The notes below the pieces were generated by a model. That model saw only the letters and a list, made by a program, of their open reading frames with translations. It was not told the DNA's origin and did not search any database. Made by a program: the position numbers and the translations under genes. This document shows, piece after piece, positions 56,290 to 64,000 of a stretch of DNA of 64,000 nucleotides. The stretch comes from Myxococcota bacterium. Lineage in GTDB: Bacteria; Myxococcota_A; Polyangia; Polyangiales; Sandaracinaceae. The stretch lies in the NCBI GenBank assembly GCA_036149055.1, contig JAYZQJ010000081.1, positions 12,076-76,075 of the forward strand, given 5' to 3'. Within the stretch, counting starts at the first letter, position 1. Each line of letters starts with the position of its first letter.

Positions 56290-56856
56290 ATGGCCGACTT
56301 CGAGGTGAAGGTTCGAAACCTGAAAACCGGCGAGACGCTCGTCGCGAGCATGGCGAACGCGGAGCAGTGCATCGCCTGGCTCGAAGAGCGCCCGCCCTTC
56401 ATGGAGATCCTGACGGTGCTGAGCGACGTCTCGCCCGCCGAGTCGCGACGCATGAAGGAGGCGATGCGCCCCTACGACGCCGCGGAGCGCGCGCTGAAGG
56501 CGAAGTTCGACGCCGAGAAGGAGGCGGATCTCCAGCGGCGCTACCAGGACGAGATCTCGCGCATCGAGCGCGGCGAGCTCGACGGGGGCGACGAGGACGC
56601 CGACCCGAACCGGCCGCTCGCGGTGAAGTACGAGGTCGACACCGGCTTCACGGTGGTGGACGACTCCCGCCCGCTCACCGACGAGGCGCGGGCCGCGTGC
56701 CTGGCGTGGGTGCAGGAGCGCAACGCGTGGGTCGAGGGCAAGGGGCAGCTGGTCGGCGAGGCGCACCTCGAGGTGTGGCCGAACGAGGTGCCGGAGGGCG
56801 AGGACCGCGTGCTCGAGGGCGGGCGCTTCTTCCCGCGCCTCAAGACGGAGGCCTGA
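56290..56856 (+). CDS. hypothetical protein
   Basis: Strong coding bias; no recognised motif. Confidence 0.75.
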   Translation: MADFEVKVRNLKTGETLVASMANAEQCIAWLEERPPFMEILTVLSDVSPAESRRMKEAMRPYDAAERALKAKFDAEKEADLQRRYQDEISRIERGELDGGDEDADPNRPLAVKYEVDTGFTVVDDSRPLTDEARAACLAWVQERNAWVEGKGQLVGEAHLEVWPNEVPEGEDRVLEGGRFFPRLKTEA

Positions 56857-57317
56857 TGCGCGCGCTCCTCGGCCTCTCGCTGCTCGTGGTCGGGTGCGGG
56901 GGCGCCGCGTGTCCCAGCCCGGACACCGCGGAGGAGAGCGCCGGCGGAGAGGCGCCGGCGGCGGAGATCCGGGCCCTCGAGGACGCCCCGCGGCGCGCCG
57001 CGCCTCCGGGCACCGCGACCGTCGCGATCCTCGCGCAGGGACGCAACGCGTTCGTGGCGCGGCTCGAGATGGAGCCCGGCGCCGCGGTGCCCGAGCACGC
57101 CGACGCCGACGAGGAGTACATCGTCGTGCTCGAGGGCCGCGGCGTGATCACCATCGACGGCGTCGAGACCGAGATCGGCCCCGGGAGCACCGTGTTCATG
57201 CCGGCCGGCGCGACGGTGAGCTACCGGAACGGCGACGCGCCGATGGTCGCCCTGCAGGTGTTCGCGGGGCCGGCCTCGGCCGCGAAGTACGAGCGGTGGA
57301 CGCCCATCGACGGGTGA
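56856..57317 (+). CDS. cupin-domain lipoprotein
   Basis: Lipobox VVGC; PGAAVPEH...EEYIVVLEG.G...GPGSTVFMPAG; TGATG overlap. Confidence 0.85.
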   Translation: MRALLGLSLLVVGCGGAACPSPDTAEESAGGEAPAAEIRALEDAPRRAAPPGTATVAILAQGRNAFVARLEMEPGAAVPEHADADEEYIVVLEGRGVITIDGVETEIGPGSTVFMPAGATVSYRNGDAPMVALQVFAGPASAAKYERWTPIDG

Positions 57318-57321
57318 TCCG

Positions 57322-60300
57322 ATGAGCGACGACGACACGAGGCGGTTCTTCGCGTCCTTCGCCAACGCCGCCCTCGAGCGCTCGCTCCCGCAGATCCGCG
57401 AGTGGCTGAAGCGGCGCCTGGGCCCGCGCGCCTCCCTCGGCGGGCTCTCGCTCGAGGGCGAGCGGGTGCGCCTGCGCGACGCGCGGCTGCCCTTCGCCGG
57501 GCACCTCGTCTTGCACGTGGACACCGCGCTGCTGTGGGCCGACCCCGCGGCGCTCGTGGCCGCGGGGGTCGACCTGGCCGGCGCGCTGCGCTCGGTCCGG
57601 CTCGAGTCGATGCGCGGCACGCTCCACGCCTACCGGGACGGAGAGCCCGCGCTCTCGGCGCCCGTCCGGGTCACCGCGCGCCCGAGCGGCGAGTGGCTGG
57701 ACGCCGACGTGGTGATCGACGGCGGGTCCTGGCGCGTGGTCCGCGGCGAGGGCGAGCAGGCCCCGCTCGCGGGCCGGGCCCGGGTGCGGGTGGACGGGCC
57801 GGCCTGGTCGCTCACCGAGCTGACGCTGACGAGCGGCGACGCGCGGGTCGAGGGCTCGGTGCGCGGGGCCGCGCGCACGCTGGAGGCCGTGGACGTCGAG
57901 GTCCGATCGGCCGGGCTGGGCCACCTCGCGGACGCCTTCGAGGCGCTGACCGCGCGCACGCCGCCCCCGATCCCGCTGCCCTGGGGCGCGAAGGTCGACG
58001 GCCGCTTCGAGCGCGAGGGCGCCCGGACCCGCGCGCGCCTCGACGGAGGCGAGGGCACGCGGCGGATCGCGCTCCGGGTGAGCCTCGAGGGCGAGCGGAT
58101 CGAGGTCGCGGAGCTCGAGGCGTGCCTCGGATGGGCCGACGTGACCCGCGCCCTCCCCCTCGTCTCGCCGGACTCCGCCGACGTGCTCGTGGAGGGCCGC
58201 CTGGAGGGCACGACGCGCGCGCCGCGCGGCACGGTGACCGCCACCTGCGCCGCCCTCGCCTCGCCTCACCTCGCGCGCGAGACCGCGCTGCTCGCCCGGG
58301 TCGACCTCGAGGGCTCGTGGGCGCCGCAGCTGCGGCTCCAGCTCCCGGGCGTCCTGAGCGCCACGCTGCGTCCCACCCTGGAGGACGATCGGCTCGGCGG
58401 CGGAGGAGAGGTGGAGCTCATCCCGGCCTCGCTCCGGGTCCGCGGCGCGGAGATCGAGGGGCCGCCGATCGGCGCCCCGATCACCTTCGACGGAACCCGC
58501 GCCGCGCCCCGCGCCGAGGCCCGCTTCGCCACCCCGACGCTCACGGCCACGCCCTCGCGAGGCAAGCTGCACGCGCGGCGCCTCGAGGGGCGGGTCGGCT
58601 ACGACGGCGGCCTCGTCTTCTCGATCCAGGCGCGCGTCGGGCCGGGCGCGATCCGGCTCACCGAGGAGCGCGCGTCGCTCGCGCGGATCGACCGGAGCGA
58701 CCTCGAGGCGATGCTCGCGCTCGTCGCGCCGCGCCTGCTCGAGCGCGCCCGGCTGCCCGAGGGGACCCAGCTCTGGGCGGAGCTGCGCCGGCGCGGCGAC
58801 CGCCTCGAGGGCGAGGCGCACGCGGAGGCGGCCCGCTCGCGCCTCTCGCTGGCCCCGCTCCGCCTCTCGCGGGCGGAGGGCTGGGAGGGGACGCGCATCC
58901 AGAGCCTCTTCGACTTCGAGGACGCCCGGGAGGCGGGCCTCTGGCGGGCGCAGATCACGCCGCGCGGCAAGGTCGAGCTCGAGGCGCGCGTCGCCGGGGA
59001 GGCGCTCCGGATCACCGCGCGGAGCCGCTCGCTGGAGCTCACCGAGCCGACGCCGCTCACCCTGGAGCGGGCGCGGGTCGAGGCGGTCGTCACCGCGGGC
59101 CGGGTGGAGATCGAGACGCTGGAGGGCGCGCTGCTCGACGGCGCGCTCGAGGCGAAGGGCCGCTGGACGCGCGACGAGGGCCTGCTGATCGAGCGGGCCC
59201 GGCTGACCGGGGCGCGACCCTGGGGCGAGGTCCGCGTCGACGCCTCGGTCCGCGGCACGCTCGAGCGGCTGCATGGGACGGCGGAGGCGAAGACCGAGGA
59301 GAGCGCGCTGAAGCTCACCCTCGGGCTGCGCGACGGCCGCTTCGACGAGACGCGGCTGGAGGGCTGGATCGAGCCGGCCGATCTCCCGGCGCCGAGCGGG
59401 CTTTCGCTGACCCCCGGCGAGCGCTGGATGATCCGGGGCGCGGTATCGGGCCCGGTCCGCGATCCTCGGGTGACGCTCGAGGCCCACGCCCCGCGGCAGA
59501 CGGTGGCGCTCGGTCGGCGCGTGGTGAGCCTGGAGGACGTCTACGTGGCGGCCTCGGGCACGCGGGCGACGCTCGACGTGTCGGAGCTGCGGGCTCAGCT
59601 GCTCGGCGGCCGCCTGCGCGGGTCGGGACACGTGGGCCTCGGCGCCTTCCGCGGGCTGCTCGGCGAGCTGACGCTCGAGGGGATCGATCTCGGGCCGCTC
59701 GAGGCGCCGGTGTCCGGGGAGGCGAGCGCCCGGCTGGTGGTGCACCGCCTCGACCCCGGCCCGCTGCACGCGCTGCTCCGCCTGCGGGTCGCGTCGCCGC
59801 GCTACCCGGCGCTCTCGCGGCTCACGCCCACGCTCGACCGCCTGGGCCTCCCGGCGCTGCCGACCGACGGGGACGAGCCGATGCTCGCGAGCGTGCGGCT
59901 CGAGGACGGCGGCCTGGAGGTCTTCGCGCTGAGCGCGGGCGTCGAGGGCGCGCGACTGACCGGCGCGCTCGCCAAGGCGCCGCTCTGGTCGGGCGCGCTG
60001 TACGTGCACGCGAGCGAGGCGTGGCTGAGCGGCCACCGCCTCCTCCGGATGAAGGGCGGCCTCACGGTGCCGCTCCGGGTGGAGGGCGACGGGCCGATGC
60101 CCCGGATCCGCCCCGACGTGCTCGCGGCGATCGACGCGTGGATCGGGAAGAGCCGGGTCGGCGCCTCCGTGCAGCGCCTCCTCGATCAGCTGGCCGCGAA
60201 GGCGCCGCCGCCGGGGGCCCGTCCCCCCCACGACGCAGGCGCGCTCGCCGGCACCGACACGCTCCTCGATCGGGTCGCGCGAGGCGACGGCGCCGACCGC

Positions 60301-60381
60301 GCGGTGGAGGCCTTGCTCGACCGCGGGCTCACGCCGAAGGAGCTGGCCGACGCGCTCGCGAGCGGGAGCCGACGCACCTAG
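57322..60381 (+). CDS. large beta-rich protein, AsmA/TamB-like
   Basis: Repeated G-x-hydrophobic beta-strand patterns (LEGTTRAPRG, ISGPVRDPRV-like, LLGGRLRGSG, VPLRVEG) over 1019 aa. Confidence 0.6.
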   Translation: MSDDDTRRFFASFANAALERSLPQIREWLKRRLGPRASLGGLSLEGERVRLRDARLPFAGHLVLHVDTALLWADPAALVAAGVDLAGALRSVRLESMRGTLHAYRDGEPALSAPVRVTARPSGEWLDADVVIDGGSWRVVRGEGEQAPLAGRARVRVDGPAWSLTELTLTSGDARVEGSVRGAARTLEAVDVEVRSAGLGHLADAFEALTARTPPPIPLPWGAKVDGRFEREGARTRARLDGGEGTRRIALRVSLEGERIEVAELEACLGWADVTRALPLVSPDSADVLVEGRLEGTTRAPRGTVTATCAALASPHLARETALLARVDLEGSWAPQLRLQLPGVLSATLRPTLEDDRLGGGGEVELIPASLRVRGAEIEGPPIGAPITFDGTRAAPRAEARFATPTLTATPSRGKLHARRLEGRVGYDGGLVFSIQARVGPGAIRLTEERASLARIDRSDLEAMLALVAPRLLERARLPEGTQLWAELRRRGDRLEGEAHAEAARSRLSLAPLRLSRAEGWEGTRIQSLFDFEDAREAGLWRAQITPRGKVELEARVAGEALRITARSRSLELTEPTPLTLERARVEAVVTAGRVEIETLEGALLDGALEAKGRWTRDEGLLIERARLTGARPWGEVRVDASVRGTLERLHGTAEAKTEESALKLTLGLRDGRFDETRLEGWIEPADLPAPSGLSLTPGERWMIRGAVSGPVRDPRVTLEAHAPRQTVALGRRVVSLEDVYVAASGTRATLDVSELRAQLLGGRLRGSGHVGLGAFRGLLGELTLEGIDLGPLEAPVSGEASARLVVHRLDPGPLHALLRLRVASPRYPALSRLTPTLDRLGLPALPTDGDEPMLASVRLEDGGLEVFALSAGVEGARLTGALAKAPLWSGALYVHASEAWLSGHRLLRMKGGLTVPLRVEGDGPMPRIRPDVLAAIDAWIGKSRVGASVQRLLDQLAAKAPPPGARPPHDAGALAGTDTLLDRVARGDGADRAVEALLDRGLTPKELADALASGSRRT

Positions 60382-61169
60382 ACGTGCTCGTGATCCCGCA
60401 GGTGATCCATGCAGTAGGCCTTGCTGCCGCTGCACTTGGAGCAATAGCGGAACTGCAGCTCCGGGTGGCTCTGGTCGGTCCGGCCGCAGGTGGTGCAGGT
60501 GTGGCGGACGGCCGTCTCCGCCTTCTCGACCTGGCGCGCGACGCGATCGCGGCGACGCTGACCGCGCAGGCGCCGGACCATGTCGGGGCCGCAGAAGAGG
60601 AAGAAGGGGATCACGCCGGCGAACGCCACCGCGACGATCGGGAGCGGGGCATCGGCGAGCCCGAAGATCATCAACACCGCGGCGAGGATGCCGAGCCACT
60701 TCGCCTTCACCGGCAGGATGAACATGAGCAGCAGCTCGTAGTCCGGGAACTGGTAGGCGAACGCGAAGCCGATCACGTAGATGAGCGACACGTTGGTGAC
60801 CGGGACGAGCGGGAAGGCGAACGAGGTGGCGACGGTGAAGAGCCACCACGAGAAGATGAAGGCGTTGAACTTGAAGTCGCCCCAGGCGCCCTGGAGCGCC
60901 TGGCCGAAGAGATAGGTGACGTAGATCCCGATCAGCGCGAGGAAGAGGCTCAGGCTCGAGCCCGCGGTCACCGACGGCGGGAAGAAGACGAAGCTGACGA
61001 GCCGCCAGACCTCGCCTCCGAGCACGTGGGCCGGCGAGAGCGGGATCTTCGAGAGGAACTCCGGCTTCGCGAGCGCGAGGACCAGCGTCGCCGTCTGCCC
61101 CCCGACCAGGAACAGGATCAGGTTCGGGATCGCGAAGCGGCCGAGCTTTCGTTCGAGCTTTCGGAGCAT
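60378..61169 (-). CDS. rhomboid-like membrane protein with C-terminal Cys/His zinc-binding tail
   Basis: GEVWRLVSF; LFILPVKAKWL-like motif; HTCTTCG...FRYCSKC...YCMDHLRDHEH. Confidence 0.8.
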   Translation of the reverse strand: MLRKLERKLGRFAIPNLILFLVGGQTATLVLALAKPEFLSKIPLSPAHVLGGEVWRLVSFVFFPPSVTAGSSLSLFLALIGIYVTYLFGQALQGAWGDFKFNAFIFSWWLFTVATSFAFPLVPVTNVSLIYVIGFAFAYQFPDYELLLMFILPVKAKWLGILAAVLMIFGLADAPLPIVAVAFAGVIPFFLFCGPDMVRRLRGQRRRDRVARQVEKAETAVRHTCTTCGRTDQSHPELQFRYCSKCSGSKAYCMDHLRDHEHV

Positions 61170-61213
61170 GCCCCGCCGGGTCTACCGCAGCGCGCGCGGA
61201 GGCGCACCTCCGG

Positions 61214-62155
61214 TCAGAAGGTCCCCTGGAGTCGCAGGCCGGCGCCGTGGCTGGAGAAGTCGGGGGCCACCCAGGCCTCGACGCCGGCGTCGCCCTCCGC
61301 GTCGGGCCGCGGCGCGAGCGGGTTGCGGTCGCCGAAGCGGTAGAACGCCATCCACGGCATCAGGTAGCCGGCGAACACGCCGATCGCGGCCGAGGTGAGC
61401 ACGTCGCCGATGGAGTACTCGTCGGTGAACGCCCACATCGTGCCGGCGAGCGCCGCCGCCGCGACCCCGCCGATGCACGCGGCCGGGCCCTCTTCGTTCA
61501 TCTGGCCGTGCAGGCACATCAGGCTCGCGCTGGTGAACGTCATCGTCGCGCGCGCGCCGGGGTGGAAGGGATCGATCTCGCAGTCGTCCCCGTCGCAGGC
61601 GGCGGCGATCTGATCGGGGTCGGCGTCGCTCAGCCGGTCGAGCCCGAAGCTCAGGCCCTGCGCGAGCGCGTGGGCCATCGCGTCGACGGCGAGGATCCGC
61701 CACCACGCGTCCTCGTGGGAGCGCCGCCGGAAGGGCAGCGTGGCGTCGAGGATGAGCTGGGTGGAGAGCACACCGAACGCGAGCGCGTCGGCCAGGCCCT
61801 CGGCCCAGAAGCCGCGACGCACCTCCTGGCCGCCGAGGAACGACCGCACCACGCGATCGCCGAGGCCGTTGTCCTCCCCGAAGTCCGCCCGCAGCCGGAG
61901 CTGTCGGTGCAGGTGCTCGGGGAGCTCGATCGGGCCCATCAGCTCGAGCTCCGGGCGGAGCACCGGGTCCGGGCACCGAGGCCCGCCCACCGCGCTCGTC
62001 AGCCCGGCCACGAGCCCGAGCACGCCCTCGCCGGACGCGGGCGTCGTCGACGCGGACGAGCCACAGGGCGACGCGCTCTGGGCCAGGGCCCGAGCGGGCA
62101 GCAGGCCGAGAGCGGCGAGGAGACAGGTGAGGGGACAGAGACCGCGGACGCGCAC
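61214..62155 (-). CDS. exported membrane protein, degenerate PAP2-like
   Basis: Signal peptide; FHPGARA and EYSIGDVLTSAAIG resemble PAP2 motifs 2/3 without the His; C-terminal LRLQGTF. Confidence 0.55.
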   Translation of the reverse strand: MRVRGLCPLTCLLAALGLLPARALAQSASPCGSSASTTPASGEGVLGLVAGLTSAVGGPRCPDPVLRPELELMGPIELPEHLHRQLRLRADFGEDNGLGDRVVRSFLGGQEVRRGFWAEGLADALAFGVLSTQLILDATLPFRRRSHEDAWWRILAVDAMAHALAQGLSFGLDRLSDADPDQIAAACDGDDCEIDPFHPGARATMTFTSASLMCLHGQMNEEGPAACIGGVAAAALAGTMWAFTDEYSIGDVLTSAAIGVFAGYLMPWMAFYRFGDRNPLAPRPDAEGDAGVEAWVAPDFSSHGAGLRLQGTF

Positions 62156-62238
62156 CACCGACAAAGATGAGGCGCTTCGCGCGGACGGCAAGCGCGACGC
62201 GCACTCCCGGCGCGGCGATCGGGCCCTATCTTCGCGGC

Positions 62239-63162
62239 GTGCGCGCAGCTCCGTGCATCCTCGCCGTCTCGCTCCTGGCGTGCGGCGCCCCCGAAGCGAG
62301 GCCCGATCCGCCTCGCCCCGGGGTGGTCCGCCTCACCCTCGACGCGAGCGACGGCCTGAGCGGCCTCACCACCGACGGCGAGGGCGTGCACTGGGTCGTG
62401 CCCGAGCGCGCCCGGACGCTCTACGCGATCGCGCCCGACGGGACGCGCCTGCACCGGCTCGTGGGGCTGCCCGAGGAGGTCGACGCCGAGGCGATCACCT
62501 GGCTCGGGGGCCGGCGGTTCGCGATCGGCACCGAGTCGCCCGTCGCCGACCGGACGTCCGACCGCATCGTGATCGTCGAGGTGGAGGGCCAGGAGACGCG
62601 CGTGATCGAGGAGATCGACATGCCCTACGCGGAGCTCGGCGCGCGCCCCGACGACAACGACGGCATCGAGGGGATCTGCCTCGCCGACGGGGAGCTGCTC
62701 GTGGCGATCGAGCACGCCTATCAGGAGAACGGCGCGCGGGTTGCGGTGCTCGCGCGGCGCGCGCTCGATGGCGGCCCGTGGCGGGCGAGCCGGGTCCGAC
62801 TCACGAGCCCGATCGGCAAGCTCTCCGGGCTCGCCTGCCGATGCACGAGCCGGGGCGTCGAGGTGCTCGCGCTCGAGCGCGGCCTGCGCGGCGAGGAGTG
62901 GGCGGGGCGGGTGGTGCGCATCCCGCTCGACGGGCCGGAGCCGCTCGCGGCCGAGCTGGTCGTCGACCTCGCGCCGCACCTGCCCGACCACCCGAACCCC
63001 GAGGGGCTCACCTTCGACGGCGACGATCTGCTGATCGTGGTCGACAACCACTACGGCGTGGCCACCGGGCCGAGCGAGCTGCTCCGCCTCGCGCGGGCCG
63101 CCCGACCCGCCGGCGCGTGCCCTCCCGCCGCCGGCCGTGTTACAGCGCGAGCATGGCCATGA
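62239..63162 (+). CDS. beta-propeller lipoprotein (phytase-like esterase / SdiA-regulated-like)
   Basis: Lipobox LLAC; GLSGL, DAEAIT, NDGIEGI, NPEGLTF, VVDN. Confidence 0.75.
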   Translation: MRAAPCILAVSLLACGAPEARPDPPRPGVVRLTLDASDGLSGLTTDGEGVHWVVPERARTLYAIAPDGTRLHRLVGLPEEVDAEAITWLGGRRFAIGTESPVADRTSDRIVIVEVEGQETRVIEEIDMPYAELGARPDDNDGIEGICLADGELLVAIEHAYQENGARVAVLARRALDGGPWRASRVRLTSPIGKLSGLACRCTSRGVEVLALERGLRGEEWAGRVVRIPLDGPEPLAAELVVDLAPHLPDHPNPEGLTFDGDDLLIVVDNHYGVATGPSELLRLARAARPAGACPPAAGRVTARAWP

Positions 63163-63965
63163 ACGCGATCGCCGTCCTGAAGGTGTCTCCCTCCGTCGTC
63201 TTCGCCGCGCTGCCGGAGGAGAACGGCGCGCGCCGCGCGCAGAACGGGGAGACGGTGAAGATCGAGCCGCTCGAAGACGCGGTGAAGGTGCACCTCGGGG
63301 TCTCGCTGACCTCCGAGCCCGAGGCGCTCGCGGAGCGCATGGACGACCTGCTCGGAGAGCTGCTCGACCTGCACGAGCCGACCAAGGGCGTCCCGGTCTA
63401 CCCCGACTCGCACGCGCTCGCGGCGACGAAGTGGAACGAGGTCGTCGACGAGCTCGGCGCGGCCGCCGACTGGATCCCGGTCCAGGCCGAGGACCCGATG
63501 CAGGCGCTGCTCGGCGGCATGGGCGGCATGGACCTCGGCGCGATGATGCAGCAGATGGGCGGCGACCCCGCCGCGCTGATGCAGCAGGCGATGCAGATGG
63601 CGCAGCAGCTCGCGCAGAGCGGAGACCTCGGCGACCTGACCAAGATGATGGGCGGCATGCAGGGCGGCCAGATGCCCGACCTCGGCGCGCTCGCCGACCA
63701 GGCGCGCGACATGATCGAGAAGGACCCCGGCCTCGAGCAGCGGCTCCAGCAGCAGATGGAGCAGATGGGCGGCCTCGACGCGATGAGCGCGCAGGCCGAG
63801 GCGATGCTCGCCCAGAACCCCGAGCTCGCCGAGAAGCTCCGCACCCAGCTCGGTCGCTCCGACTCCGCCCCCAACCCCGACCCCGCCCCCTCCCCCAACT
63901 CCGAGGCCTCCCCCAACTCCGACCCCTCCCCCAACTCCGAGGCCTCCGACTCCGACTCCGAGTGA
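63159..63965 (+). CDS. hypothetical protein with Met/Gln/Gly-rich STI1-like C-terminal region
   Basis: ATGA overlap; GGMDLGAMMQQMGGDP...KDP...QNPELA repeats. Confidence 0.75.
   Translation: MNAIAVLKVSPSVVFAALPEENGARRAQNGETVKIEPLEDAVKVHLGVSLTSEPEALAERMDDLLGELLDLHEPTKGVPVYPDSHALAATKWNEVVDELGAAADWIPVQAEDPMQALLGGMGGMDLGAMMQQMGGDPAALMQQAMQMAQQLAQSGDLGDLTKMMGGMQGGQMPDLGALADQARDMIEKDPGLEQRLQQQMEQMGGLDAMSAQAEAMLAQNPELAEKLRTQLGRSDSAPNPDPAPSPNSEASPNSDPSPNSEASDSDSE
63891..63944 (+). repeat. 18-bp coding tandem repeat (SPNSEA/SPNSDP) x3
   Basis: TCCCCCAACTCCGA at 63891, 63909, 63927. Confidence 0.8.
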
Positions 63966-64000
63966 GCTGACCCCTCCCTACTCGCCCCTCCCCACTCCCT

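Overview
Very GC-rich, gene-dense bacterial DNA with about 60 real CDS. The gene content (four Hanks-type Ser/Thr kinases plus one ABC1/UbiB kinase, many lipoproteins with DGG/DSG/DAG linkers, GltC-like and AgmX/GltJ-like proteins, ECF sigma, Uma2, NIDO domain) points to a myxobacterium, probably Polyangiales/Sandaracinaceae-like (inference). I saw no rRNA, tRNA, CRISPR array, transposase or integrase. The best candidate for an undescribed system is a three-gene operon at 36950-38591 behind a sigma54-type promoter. It encodes two tandem paralogous small proteins (Arg-rich leader, lipobox, DSG linker, 8-Cys domain, invariant EGPLTPPSAPV tail) followed by a ferritin-like diiron protein, which resembles a RiPP-type precursor/maturase pair. 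Other notable items: a stand-alone ABC-three-component/Lamassu LmuB-like SMC ATPase; a scattered pentose-use set (sugar ABC transporter, fucose-isomerase-like enzyme, FGGY pentulose kinase); an ECF sigma factor coupled to a membrane-anchored GltC-like TPR protein; a catalytically dead trypsin-like lipoprotein; an octaheme cytochrome coupled to a His-rich membrane protein; a 71-nt low-GC hairpin; and a recurring TAnnnT-(6-9 nt)-start pattern suggesting leaderless transcripts. Products come from motif recognition only, with no database searches. Many starts were moved from the ORF track using gene overlaps, RBS or promoter motifs.
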